Positions 13,477-24,941 of a DNA stretch of 64,000 nucleotides are shown here, one piece after another. The stretch's first letter is position 1. Each line of letters starts with the position of its first letter. Made by a program: the position numbers and the translations under genes. Below the pieces are notes generated by a model. It was not told where the DNA came from, ran no database searches, and was given only the letters and a program-made list of their open reading frames with translations. This DNA comes from Chiloscyllium plagiosum (taxonomy: Eukaryota). The DNA lies in NCBI RefSeq assembly GCF_004010195.1, contig NC_057717.1, positions 107,482,709 through 107,546,708 on the forward strand, given 5' to 3'.

Positions 13477-13874
13477 GTACGAAAAAATTTCTGGTTATAA
13501 GTATGCAGAGAAGTATTCACAGCTTGTAGGAGAGAAAAGTGATCTGTTTTTTTCAAATATCACTGAATCAAAGAATTGTTAACGTGCAGCAGTAGGCTAC
13601 TTGAACCAACACTTCTACACCGGTTCACAGACTCTTCAACTCACTGTGTGTGTTCTAACCATGATGCTATTCTAAACCAATCCCATCTGCCTGTAATGGC
13701 CCATATCCCCTTTATTCTCTGCCTGTTCATGTATCTGTCTAAATGCCCCTTAAACATTGCTATCATATCTGCTCCATCACCTCCCTGGCAACTCATTCGA
13801 GGAACCTACTACTCTCTGTGTTTTAAAAGAAAATCTGCCTCGCCCATGTCCTTTAAACTTTCCCTTCTCACATT

Positions 13875-14510
13875 TGTTGTGGACCAGGCCAGAGCCCCAC
13901 AAAACATTTCAAGAAGGTAGCCCAGATCCTAACTTTTCTAGTTGTTTAAAGCAGGTGTATAACGGATATTCCAGGAGTGATGCAGCTAGTCAAACAATTC
14001 AGTTTTAAACAAAACAGAATTTATTTACAGACTACTGAATGAAACATGAACAAAAGAGAACAGAATATAGAATAACTTAACCTAACTGAAAACCCAAACG
14101 ACTTTATCGCAACTTAATGATGCTGTTCTAATTTCCTGCAACATCCCCATAAAGACCCCTTCGCAAAAATGGTAAAATCAAACACAGGTTCTTACAGGAG
14201 AGATGCCAACGATGAGTCAACCAGAAAACCTCTGTTCAATCAGGGACCTTTTTTTCCAGCAGTCTTCTTTGACCAGCAGCTTCAAACTAAGCCAATCTAG
14301 AAAAACAAAACCTGAGCTAGGAGAGCTGGCCACTCCCCTTTCGTTGTTTAAAAAAAAAACCTTAAAGGCCTCCTCTGATTTAAGACTTAGGCAGTATCTG
14401 TTAGCCATTATTAAAGTAGCCAGTTCAGACATTTGGCACCTCTGTCTTTACGACTCCTCTTGGAGAAAACAAGGGTGAAATAAACTTGTTAATGGGGCAG
14501 CATCATCACA
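13875..14510. mobile_element. Probable solo LTR inserted in a - strand CR1 3' fragment (13570-14970)
   Basis: TG...CA termini. The CR1 sequence breaks at ctcacatt and resumes at tcttaaac, giving a degenerate 4-bp TSD. Confidence 0.55.
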
Positions 14511-14970
14511 TCTTAAACATATGTGCTTTAATATTTGACATTTCCACTCTGGGAAAGTCACCCTTACTATCCACCCTGTTCATGCCCCTCATATTTTATA
14601 AACTTCTATCAAGTTTCCCCACAGCCTCCGACTCTCTAGCAAAAACAATCCAAGTTTGTCTCTCATTATAATTAAACAGTCCGATCCAGGCGACATTCTG
14701 GTAAACCTCTTCTGCACTGTCTCCAAAACCCAGATTCTCCCTATAGTGCAGTGATCAGAACTGCACACAGTACTTCAAATGTGGCCTGACCAAAGTCTTG
14801 TACAGTTGCAGCATGATTTGCCAACTTTATACTGAATGCCCCAAATGATAAAGGCAGACTTGAATATGTTGTCTTTACCACCTTAACCACCTGTGGTGTC
14901 ACTTTCAGGGAGCTATGGACTTGGACTGCAAGATCTCTCTGTGAATCAATGATCCTAAGGATTCAGCCAT

Positions 14971-15325
14971 TTAGAATTAGAATCTCTATAGTGTGGAAAC
15001 ATGCCCTTTGGCCCAACAAGTCCACACCGACCCTCTTATGAGTAACCCACCCAGACCCATTCCCCTACCCTATTACTCTACATTTACCCAACTAAAGCAA
15101 CTAATCTACACATCCCTGAACACTATGGACAATTTAGCATGGTTAATTCACCTAACCTGCACATCTTTGGATTGTGGGAGGAAACCAGAGCACCCAGAGA
15201 AAACCCACGCAGACACAGGGAGATTGTACAAACTCCACACAGATAGTTGCTCAAGGCTGGAATTGAACCTGGGTCCCTGGCACTGTGAAGCAACAGTGCT
15301 AACTACTGAGCCACCATGCCGCCCC
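14971..15325 (-). mobile_element. Full-length HE1-like tRNA-derived SINE
   Basis: Reverse strand begins ggcggcatggtggctcagtagttagcact...ccaggttcaattcc (A and B boxes) and ends in a CR1-like tail. Confidence 0.85.
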
Positions 15326-15719
15326 GTACTGTTTCTACTTAATCATCCATCTACCATCAGCTATCCTCTTAGCCTTCTTTCCATGGAAAACAATCCCAAC
15401 ATTTCTAATCTATCCACATAACTGAAATTTCTTAATCTTAGAACCATTGTGATAATGGTTTTATGAACTCTCTCCAATGCATTCATATCTTTCCAAACTG
15501 AGGAACACAGAAATATACCCAGTACTCTAGCTGAGGCCTAACTAGTATCATATATAAGCTCAGCATAACTGTCTTACTCTTATATTCTATGCCCTTAGTA
15601 ATTTCGCCTTGAATACTCTATGTTTTATTATCAGCTATCTCTACCTGTCTTTCCGCCTTTAATAATTTATGTATAGATGTGGCCAGGTATCTCTGCTCTG
15701 TATCTCTTTTAGAATGTGC

Positions 15720-16220
15720 ACATGGGAGATATGTTTAGTAGGTTTGCAGATGACACCAAAATTGGTGGTATGTGGATAGTGAAGAAGATTACCTCGGAGA
15801 ACAATGGGATCTTGATCAGATGGGCCAAAGGGCTGAGGAGTTGCAGATGGAGTTTAATTTAGATAAACATGAGGTACTGCATTTTGGAAAAATAAATCAG
15901 GGCAGCACTTAGAGTCATAGTGTCATAGAGTCCTACAGCATGGAGACAGGCCCTTTAGCCCAAACTGTTCTAAAGCCGAACAAAATGTCCGTCCACGCTA
16001 ACCCCATTTCCCTACACTTAACCCATATCCTTCTAATCCTTTCCTATCCATGTATTTGTTCAAATGCCTTTAAATGTTAACATATCCACCTTAATCACTT
16101 CCACTGGCAGTTCATTTCATATGTATACCATGCTCTGTGTAAAAAAAAGTTGCCCCTCAGGTTCCCTTTTATTCTTTCCCCTCTAACCTTAAACTAATGC
16201 CCTCTAGCCCTTGATTTTTT
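15720..16220. mobile_element. Two CR1 fragments: RT (+, 15720-15910) and 3' end (-, 15910-16220)
   Basis: tttgcagatgacaccaaaattgg (FADDTKIG), then tagagtcatag tail repeats. Confidence 0.8.
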
Positions 16221-16229
16221 TTCTTGTTC

Positions 16230-17190
16230 ATTTGTGGGCATTATTGATAACTCATCCCTATTTACCCTTGGGAAGATGGTGGTGAGCTGCCTTTTTGAAT
16301 CGCTGCAGTCCACTTGCTGTGGATTGACCTACAATACTGGTAAGGAGGGAATTCCAGGATTTTGACCTGAAGACTGTGAAGGAACGGCAACATATTTCCA
16401 AGTCAGGATGGTGAGTAGCTTGGAGGGGAACTTGCAGGTGGTGGTGTTCCCAAGTACCTATTGCCCTTGTCCTTCTGAGTGGAAGCGGTCCTAGGTATCT
16501 AAGGATCTTTGGTGAAGTTCTGCAGTGCATCTTATAGATAGTACACGCTGCTGCTCCTGAGCACCAGTGGTGGAGGGATTGAATGTTTGTAGATGTGGTG
16601 CCAATCAAGCAGGTTGCTTTGACCTGGATGATATCAAGCTTCTTGAGTGTTTTTGGAGCTGCACCCATCCAGGAAAGAGAGGAGTATTCCTGGGGTGTCA
16701 GGAGTGAGTTACTCGCCACAGTATCCCTCATCTCTGACCTGCTCTTGTAGCCATTGTGTTTATGTGGTGAGTCCAGTTGAGTTTTGGTTAATGGTAATCC
16801 CAAGGATGTTGACAGTGGGGGATTCAGTGATGGTAATACCATTGAATGTCAAGGGGCGGTATTTAGAGTGTCTCTTATTGGTGATGGTCATTGTCTGGCA
16901 TTTGTGTGGCGCAAATGTTATTTACCACTTGTCAGCCCAAACCTGGATGTTGCCCAGATCGTGTTGCATTTGAGCATGGACTGCTTCAATATCTAGGAGT
17001 TGCGAATGGTGCTGAACATTGGCGAACATCCCCACTTCTGACCTTATGACAGAGGGAAGGTCATTGAGGAAGCAACTGAAGATTGTTGGGCCTAGGACAC
17101 TACCCTGAGGGACTCCTGCAGAGATATCCATGAGGTGAGATGACTGACACTCCACAACCACAACCATTTTCCTTTGTTCCAGGTATGACT
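16230..17190 (-). mobile_element. CR1/L2-clade LINE 3' portion
   Basis: ORF 16922..17251 [27 protein letters not shown] 16258..16842 KSWNSL...GLQRFKKAAHHHL. Confidence 0.9.
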
Positions 17191-17380
17191 CTCTGATGCT
17201 GGGGACCACTGGGTGTACTTTAAAATTCAATGAAAATACAGTTAATACCAATCACGTTGACAGGTATTGTTAAGTGAATATAGTGGCTGAATCCAAATTA
17301 CTTTTTAGAATTACTACTGCACTTGAATGCCAAAACTAATCCCAATTATTAATATTAACAGAAAGTGAAAGTAAGTTTGT

Positions 17381-19300
17381 GGGCTGAATCTTACTTTTCT
17401 ACTGGCTATGCGTCAGTTTCATCGAGGAATTCTTTCTATGATGCCAAGAGAGTTATCTCATTCTATTGTCCCAAACTGAACTATCAATTACCTATCTCAT
17501 CACAGTGGAATCCTCATCACAATGGAGTCCCCTATATCTGAGGTTAGCCTGTTTCTATCACTTACTGTTGCCTGAAGAACTGTCCATTACCAAGATGAAA
17601 TAGACTAGCATCTTTGGCACACACACTATCTTTGAAAAGGCCATTGTGCACCCACATATGCACTGTCAGTCCGGAGATGCCCTGTATGATTGTGACATTT
17701 GCTCAAAATGTGGCAGATGAGAGGAAATCGATGGTCTTCTTTGTAGCCAGCTACTTGGATGAGGTAGTGCAGAGCAGGAATATCCTCCTCCCCCAGGACT
17801 GGCAGTGGAGGTCATGTCATCAGATCCTGCTAGTCTGGTCTGAGACTGCTGCTTGGGTCATTGAAATTTCATTCAGCTGGAGAAATACACAACAGTGAAG
17901 GAAATTGGTCAGTGACTATACACTTACTATTACATGCAACATCTTCCCTCACTCACTCCAACACATCTGAATGCCCTCCTAATCCTGAATGGCCTCAGCT
18001 GTGCCTGCTCAGTTGCCACTTCTCCACCCCACTAGCAGTAGTAGCTTTGCAACCCGGTTTCATCTGATTAAATCCATCCCTTTCAATCGTTCCTGAGGAA
18101 AACAGCCCACAATGGGGCAGAAGAAGGCAAGACTGGCGGTGGGCTGCCTTACGTCCTGCTCTTACTCCCTTTGCAAAGAAGGATCTGATCCTGACTGCCC
18201 CAAGTGGCCAACTGACTGTGCCCAAGACACTGGACTGATATTGGAGTCTGGAAAAGCGCAGTGGGCCAGGCAGCATCCGAGGAGCAGGAGAATCGATGTT
18301 TCGAGCATAAGCTCTTCATCAAGAGTTAATGCTCGAAACGTCGATTCTTCTGCTCCTCAGATGCTGCCCGACTGGCTTTGCTTTCGCAACATCACACTCT
18401 TCGACTCTGATCTCCAGCATCTGCAGTCCTCACTTTCTCCTAGTTAATCTTGGAGTCTGCTTAATGTGCCAGGATGCCACTGACAGAAGATCTCTACCTT
18501 GATTGAGGATTACTGACAACCATGCAAACCTTCCTTGCTGTGCTATACAGCAAGGCAAAACAGAAATATTATGAGCCTGGTATCTGTATCTGAGTAGTTA
18601 AAGGGCATGAGGCAAGGAAAGGCAGGGATGATGTGAGCATCCAGGTAGGGTTTAGGTGAGGGAACACTAAGAAAGCAAGTGGACAACCTTAAGATGCACC
18701 CTTGGTCCAATCTGTGAGCTGGGTTTGTGTCCCTGTATGCAAAGTGTCCTTGTGACAGTATTGCAGTGCTAGTTGCCACTGCACCCTGAAAGGCAGCTTT
18801 AAAGTGTTGAAGTATGTATGGTCATGCCATGAGGGTCCAGAAAGATTGTCAAGTGTTGGATGCTAGCTTCCATGGATAGGGTGGTTGCAGCAGGTGTCGT
18901 GGAGTACCCACAGAAATTTTGTTGCCAGGTGTCCAAGATTGTGGTCCTTTGGAACAAGTGACAAGCTGAAGTCACCAGGTACTTTCTCAACTTTAATCTC
19001 GGGAATTGTTGACGTTTAGTCTCCTTTTTGGGAATAGGGAGCTGCATGTCAATGAGACAAATTTGCAATTAATGATGATGACAACAAGCAATCATCGCTG
19101 TTAACAGACATCTCACCATCTGGAACTGAAAATGCAATGAGTTGCTTCTGATATTAAGAAAGGTCTCGACTGACTTCTCACGTGATTCTCCCAGATTTCT
19201 CACCATAGCCCACATCATCCAGGACCCCATGAATTTCTGTGCCACACTTATGGATCGGCTATTCATCAAAGCCTGTAAACTACTAATGATCAGGGAAACC
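17381..19300 (+). mobile_element. PIF/Harbinger DNA transposon relic with a Myb/SANT-like fragment
   Basis: Terminus gggctgaatctt. ORF 17614..17898 (LDEVVQSRNILLP...LVWSETAAWVIEISFSWRNTQQ) resembles Harbinger Myb/SANT proteins. The right boundary is uncertain. Confidence 0.55.
18251..18449. mobile_element. Palindromic Penelope-derived insert with opposed hammerhead-like cores
   Basis: gcagcatccgaggagcaggagaatcgatgtttcgagc...gctcgaaacgtcgattcttctgctcctcagatgctgc. TSD ttggagtctg at 18241-18250 and 18450-18459. Confidence 0.85.
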
Positions 19301-20364
19301 CTGAGTATAGAATAGGAGAAAATGTGTCAATTTGTGCATCTCCAGGAACAGATTCCATGCGACCTCTGAGTCTTTCATTTCTGAGATTATAGTCCTGTGA
19401 TCTGTTGAGTCATATGCCACCACACCAATGGATAGAAATATCATACTGCATTTACTTCATTATAGAGACATTGCAGGGTGACAGTGCAGCTGGAGTGTAG
19501 AGGCAAATGTAAAAGCCCTTAATAAAAACACTGTACATGCTGTAAAACTGATATAAAAACAGTGAATGGTGGAAACATGCTTAAGTTCAGGGTCATCAAC
19601 CTGAAAAATGATCTCTGTCCCTGTCCACAGGTGCTGTCTGATGCTTCTGAGTTTCCAGCATTTTCAGTTTTTATCAAATGCAAGCAAGCTATACATCTGT
19701 ACCTAGTAGCGTATCCCTCCTATCATCTTCAAACTAAGCAATCTCGGTGAGTTGTTGACTTGCTGTATGACTCTATGAAATACAAAGAATTAAGGACAGT
19801 GAACAACATATTTATATACGTGTATATATATTCTATATATACATATATAATTAGCTAGACAATTTCAGTTTCCTTGCTATAAATGTCTCAGATCTACACC
19901 ATAAGATAGCAAAACTACACTACACATATTCTCCATTCTCACAGGGATGTAACTGGCATTCATTTATTATCAGTGGAGATGCTTTTTACATTTAATTTAT
20001 TTTACTAATCAACCAATCGGCTTCCCCTAACATTGTAAACTTTTATTTTCCACAATCACCTTTGATATGGCACCATCACACTGCACTTCAATAAATCATT
20101 CTTTTTATGTAAAGTTTTGCAGTGTTTTGGCATGGTTGAGTCTTACGTAAAGTATAATCATAAATTATATGACCAACAGATTTGGATTATTGAACAAGTT
20201 GTGTCTTACAGAAATTAGGAACCTAATTTGTTACTTGGTAACTTGTAATTATTGTAGCTGAATTTTGATTAGGCAGCTAAATAGAAGTGACAATCCTACT
20301 GTGATTCACTGCAAAAGGTATAGAGGCAGCAGTTAAGCAGATATGGCCTAATACATTAAAAATA

Positions 20365-21880
20365 AAACAGGCTGCAGATGCTAGAAATCTAAAACAGAAA
20401 TTGCTTGAGAAACTCAGCAGATCAGGTAGCATCTGTGGGAAGAAAGCAGAGTTAATGTTCTGAATCCAATGACTCCTCATCAAAGCTGTTAGTAGTTAAC
20501 TGCTAGGAAAATGTGGGATTTATGCTCAATCTAATTTTTTTTCTGGGAGGGACACAAATGGGAAGGGAAGGGGTGAGCAGATAACTGGAGACAAGTGGGT
20601 AAAAACCATGGAAGGAAGGAATCAGACTGTAAAGTTGTTGGACTCCAAGAGACTGCAGGGTTCCCAAGTGGAACACTATCATTGTTGTGAAGGGAAGAGA
20701 AAGGGTGAGGGTAGAAGTATGGGAGATGGGTCAAACATGGTTAACAGCTCTTTGACCACAGTGGTGGCAAAAGATGGACATTTCTGTGCCCCCCCCCCGT
20801 GAAAGGTGGCATCATCAGAACAGATGCAATGGAAATGGAGAACCTGGGAGAATGGAGTGAAGTAATTACAGGAAGCAGAGTGTGAGGATGTATAGTCAAG
20901 GTAACTGTGGGATTCAGTGGGTTTGTAGTGGATAATGGTGGCCCGCCTATCCCTAGAAATGGAAACTGATATCGAGAAAGGGAAGGGAGGAATTGGAGAT
21001 GGACCAGGTGCAGGGTGGAAATTGGAAGTGAAATTTACAGTTCCAAATGAGAGAGTGAAGCAGCACCTTTCTCTGGTTCATACCAACTCTGAACTGGAGA
21101 AAGAATTGTGTGGTGAAAACCGAGTAAGATTGGATCAAGCCATGTTGCACTTATCCCAGAAAGTGATGGGCATAACTGAGGCTCATGGTCACACCTTTAT
21201 CTGAAGAAAGTCAGAGGAGTTAAAGGAGAAGTTGTTGAAAGTGAGGACGAGCTTGGCCAGGCAGAGGAGGTTGGTGGTGGATGGGAACGGTTCAGGCCTT
21301 TTTTCCAGAAGAATTGGAGAGCCCTGAGACCATCCTGACGTGAATAGGATTGCACGACCATGCTGAAAAGGAAGAGGCAGAGATCCATGAACTGGAAATT
21401 TTGAAATTAACATAAAGCATTAGAAGAATTGCAGCTTTAAGTGGGAAGGGACCTGTCAAGAGGATTAAAAAAATAGTTGAGGTAGGAAGAAGATGGGTCA
21501 GGAACAGGCAGAAACAGACTTGGTTGTTTATTTTGAGGAGAAGGCAGAAGCAGGCTTTGTGAGGTTAGGGAACTTTGAGCTATAAAGCTGTCTGTGGGGG
21601 AGATCCCCAGATGAGAGGAGGTTGTTGGTAGTTGGTGAACACAATAACTGATGCTCAGGTTGGTGAACACAATAACTGGAGTTAAGGTGCAGAGGGAGAT
21701 TGGAAGGGGTGTCCCTGAACTGGCACTAAACCTCCACAATATAGAGGTCACTAAAGCAGACAACACAACACCACCCTTGTTGGCAGGCTTGATGACAAAG
21801 TCAGAATTGAATTTGAGAGCTCACAGTGCAGTCAGTTCAGAGGGAGATGAGTTCAAGTGGGTGGTTGGGGGGAAGTGGAG
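20365..21880 (-). mobile_element. Decayed Penelope-like element
   Basis: Terminal gcagatgct...aaactcagcagatcagg repeat and reverse-strand SISNSSLPFLDIS (PLE RT motif, ORF 20953..21150). Confidence 0.65.
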
Positions 21881-22262
21881 AAAATAAGGGGACCTGTGTC
21901 ACGTTGACAGTTCTTGATGAACCAGTCGAGTACAGGTAAAAGGCCAGAGGGAGAGGTCCAGGTAGAGGGAGAGTGTCAGAAACGAGCGATGGTGTCTGTG
22001 GGACGGGGAGAAGAGTTGGCCCAAAGAAATGGTATGGAGGCCATGGAAAAAAAAGAGTTCAACGTAATGTAATGCCCAAAATACATTGAGGTAGGGCTCA
22101 AAGGGATAAAACTTAACACATACCTGTGTGAAAGACCTTAATACCCAGTGTCTCAATACTTGGAAGCCACTTGAGTTTCTAGATAAAAGAGTAAAATAGG
22201 GGAGAAAAATATTGTAAAGTGCACAAAAGTTCAGATGATAATCCTAAAATATATAATTTTAG

Positions 22263-22361
22263 ATCCTGTCAATCATGGTGAAGAGGAAGTTATCAGAGAC
22301 GGATCCAGAGAAGTTATAATTCCTGAATCTTCATTTGGAGTCACTCCACATATATATCAAG
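22263..22361 (+). CDS. Coding exon 4 (D)PVNHGEEEVIRDGSREVIIPESSFGVTPHIYQ
   Basis: Acceptor ataattttag, donor AAG|gtttga, 99 nt, phase 1-1, open. Its end (PHIYQ) resembles the end of exon 3 (PHVYE). Confidence 0.7.
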
Positions 22362-23984
22362 GTTTGAAAAGCAATTTTCTCTAAATAATTAAACTGAAAT
22401 AATGTGACATTAAAAATTGATAGTAAGTCTTGATTTTGTTGTGCTGGCCTGAGCAATTCAGTGCATTTGATGCAAAGTGATTCTGACCCAGGAAGCAGAA
22501 AGAAACAATGAATAAATTGCCTCTCTCCAAATCCTAATTGTAGCTTTATTGAGGAATGGCTCTTGGAGTACTCCTCAGATAGGATAAGAAACAACATCAT
22601 GGATTTTTGAAAAAAATTAAAATAAATGATTGTCTTTATTACTGAATGGGAAAAATGGTCTGAAAGACATTTAATGTTACTCATAACAAGGTTTTAATAT
22701 GCATTTTTTACCTGAAGGTGTTGACCTTTACTGGGATGCTGTTCCATAGACATTGGAGTCTTTAAACTATCTCATGTTAGTGCTTATCTTTATTTCTGAA
22801 CCTAATGAGTCATTATAGAGTATATCAGAGATTAGCTTGCTTTTCTTCTCAGTTCAGTTTATTAACCATGCGTATGCATTTTTACATACTGCATAGTGGT
22901 CAGTTGCAGGACCCCTGACATTTTTGTCATTTTCTGACCAAGCTACAATGGAAGATTGTAGGTTCCTAACCATAAAAAAAGTTTGTTTTACTGGACCACT
23001 AGCACCCAGTGTAGAAACATTGGGTGGAATTTTATTTAAGCCTGAACAATGTAGGTCAGAGTGAGAAGTTCATTGATCCCATTTCAGTGCAGTGTTAGGA
23101 ACATCTTACTGCATCTTTTGATTAAGTTCAGGGTGTTGAGGCAACAGTCTCTCTAGGCAGCAGTTGGGTGCCTATTAAGTGGCATTATTACTTTTCAATG
23201 ACCTTCCTAACTGCAGATTTTGCTTCTTTAATATCATACCACCTGCTACAAGCAAATTGAACACAGAATTCTCAAAATGGAATTCAGAACAGGTACTTGG
23301 CAACTTCAGCTCGCTACTTTCTCCAAAGGAGCTTCATTTTGGTCAGAAGGCACCAACAACATGGGGCACATTATATAGATATTGGCCTCACATGCATGTC
23401 TATGAACATTGGCAGTATTTACTGTATACTTGCAGTATGCTTTTGCATTCACTGCTGCACCACAACTCAATAACAACTTTCATTGTAATGCTGCAGCAAA
23501 GATACTTTGTGCTCAAAGGCATGCCCTCCATTAGTGTTCTGTCACTTTGAGTGTGCCTGGATGCTCACAGCATCCTGCTTGTTTTGCCAGGTTCTCAGTC
23601 CTTCTATATTGCTTAGCACAGATGGAAATCCAAGAGTTTATCATAGTTGTCAGCAGTCTTCATTGGGGGTCCAGCACAGTAAATCAAGGGCAGCTTCTGA
23701 TACCAGCCCAGGGTCTTGGATAGTCAGTCACCAGATTGAGGCAGAAAGAATCTTCTCCTCATATGGAGTGAGCAGTCAAATGTCAAACAACCCATCACCT
23801 ATCTTGACTCTTGCTGACTTGTTGGCTGTTTTCCTCCTGAAATGAGAAAGAGAGAGAGAGAGGTAGGTGTTAAAGGAGATGAAAATGGGTTACTCTTGGT
23901 GTGGACAGGAGTATCCTGAGGGACAGAACAGATATCCCAGAGGGCATAGAACAGTAAAGCATGGTACCGGCCCTTTAGCCCATG

Positions 23985-24106
23985 ATGTTGTGTGTGGGGG
24001 GGGAAAGGAGTGTGTGTGTGGGGAAGGAGGAATGTGTCTGTGTGTGTGTGGGGAAGGAGTGTGTGTGTCTGTAAGGGAAGTATGTGTGTGTTTGTGGAGA
24101 GGGAAG
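23985..24106 (+). repeat. GT/GA-rich minisatellite running into the assembly gap
   Basis: Repeated gtgtgtgtgtggggaaggag units. Confidence 0.85.
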
Positions 24107-24941
24107 NNNNNNNNNNNNNNNNNNNNNNNNNNNNNNNNNNNNNNNNNNNNNNNNNNNNNNNNNNNNNNNNNNNNNNNNNNNNNNNNNNNNNNNNNNNNNN
24201 NNNNNNNNNNNNNNNNNNNNNNNNNNNNNNNNNNNNNNNNNNNNNNNNNNNNNNNNNNNNNNNNNNNNNNNNNNNNNNNNNNNNNNNNNNNNNNNNNNNN
24301 NNNNNNNNNNNNNNNNNNNNNNNNNNNNNNNNNNNNNNNNNNNNNNNNNNNNNNNNNNNNNNNNNNNNNNNNNNNNNNNNNNNNNNNNNNNNNNNNNNNN
24401 NNNNNNNNNNNNNNNNNNNNNNNNNNNNNNNNNNNNNNNNNNNNNNNNNNNNNNNNNNNNNNNNNNNNNNNNNNNNNNNNNNNNNNNNNNNNNNNNNNNN
24501 NNNNNNNNNNNNNNNNNNNNNNNNNNNNNNNNNNNNNNNNNNNNNNNNNNNNNNNNNNNNNNNNNNNNNNNNNNNNNNNNNNNNNNNNNNNNNNNNNNNN
24601 NNNNNNNNNNNNNNNNNNNNNNNNNNNNNNNNNNNNNNNNNNNNNNNNNNNNNNNNNNNNNNNNNNNNNNNNNNNNNNNNNNNNNNNNNNNNNNNNNNNN
24701 NNNNNNNNNNNNNNNNNNNNNNNNNNNNNNNNNNNNNNNNNNNNNNNNNNNNNNNNNNNNNNNNNNNNNNNNNNNNNNNNNNNNNNNNNNNNNNNNNNNN
24801 NNNNNNNNNNNNNNNNNNNNNNNNNNNNNNNNNNNNNNNNNNNNNNNNNNNNNNNNNNNNNNNNNNNNNNNNNNNNNNNNNNNNNNNNNNNNNNNNNNNN
24901 NNNNNNNNNNNNNNNNNNNNNNNNNNNNNNNNNNNNNNNNN
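24107..24941. other. Assembly gap (835 N)
   Basis: Run of N. Confidence 1.

Noticed and set aside
23179..23845. ORFs of 123 and 112 aa
   Set aside because: No recognisable motif and no splice sites that fit the gene model; probably decayed repeat.
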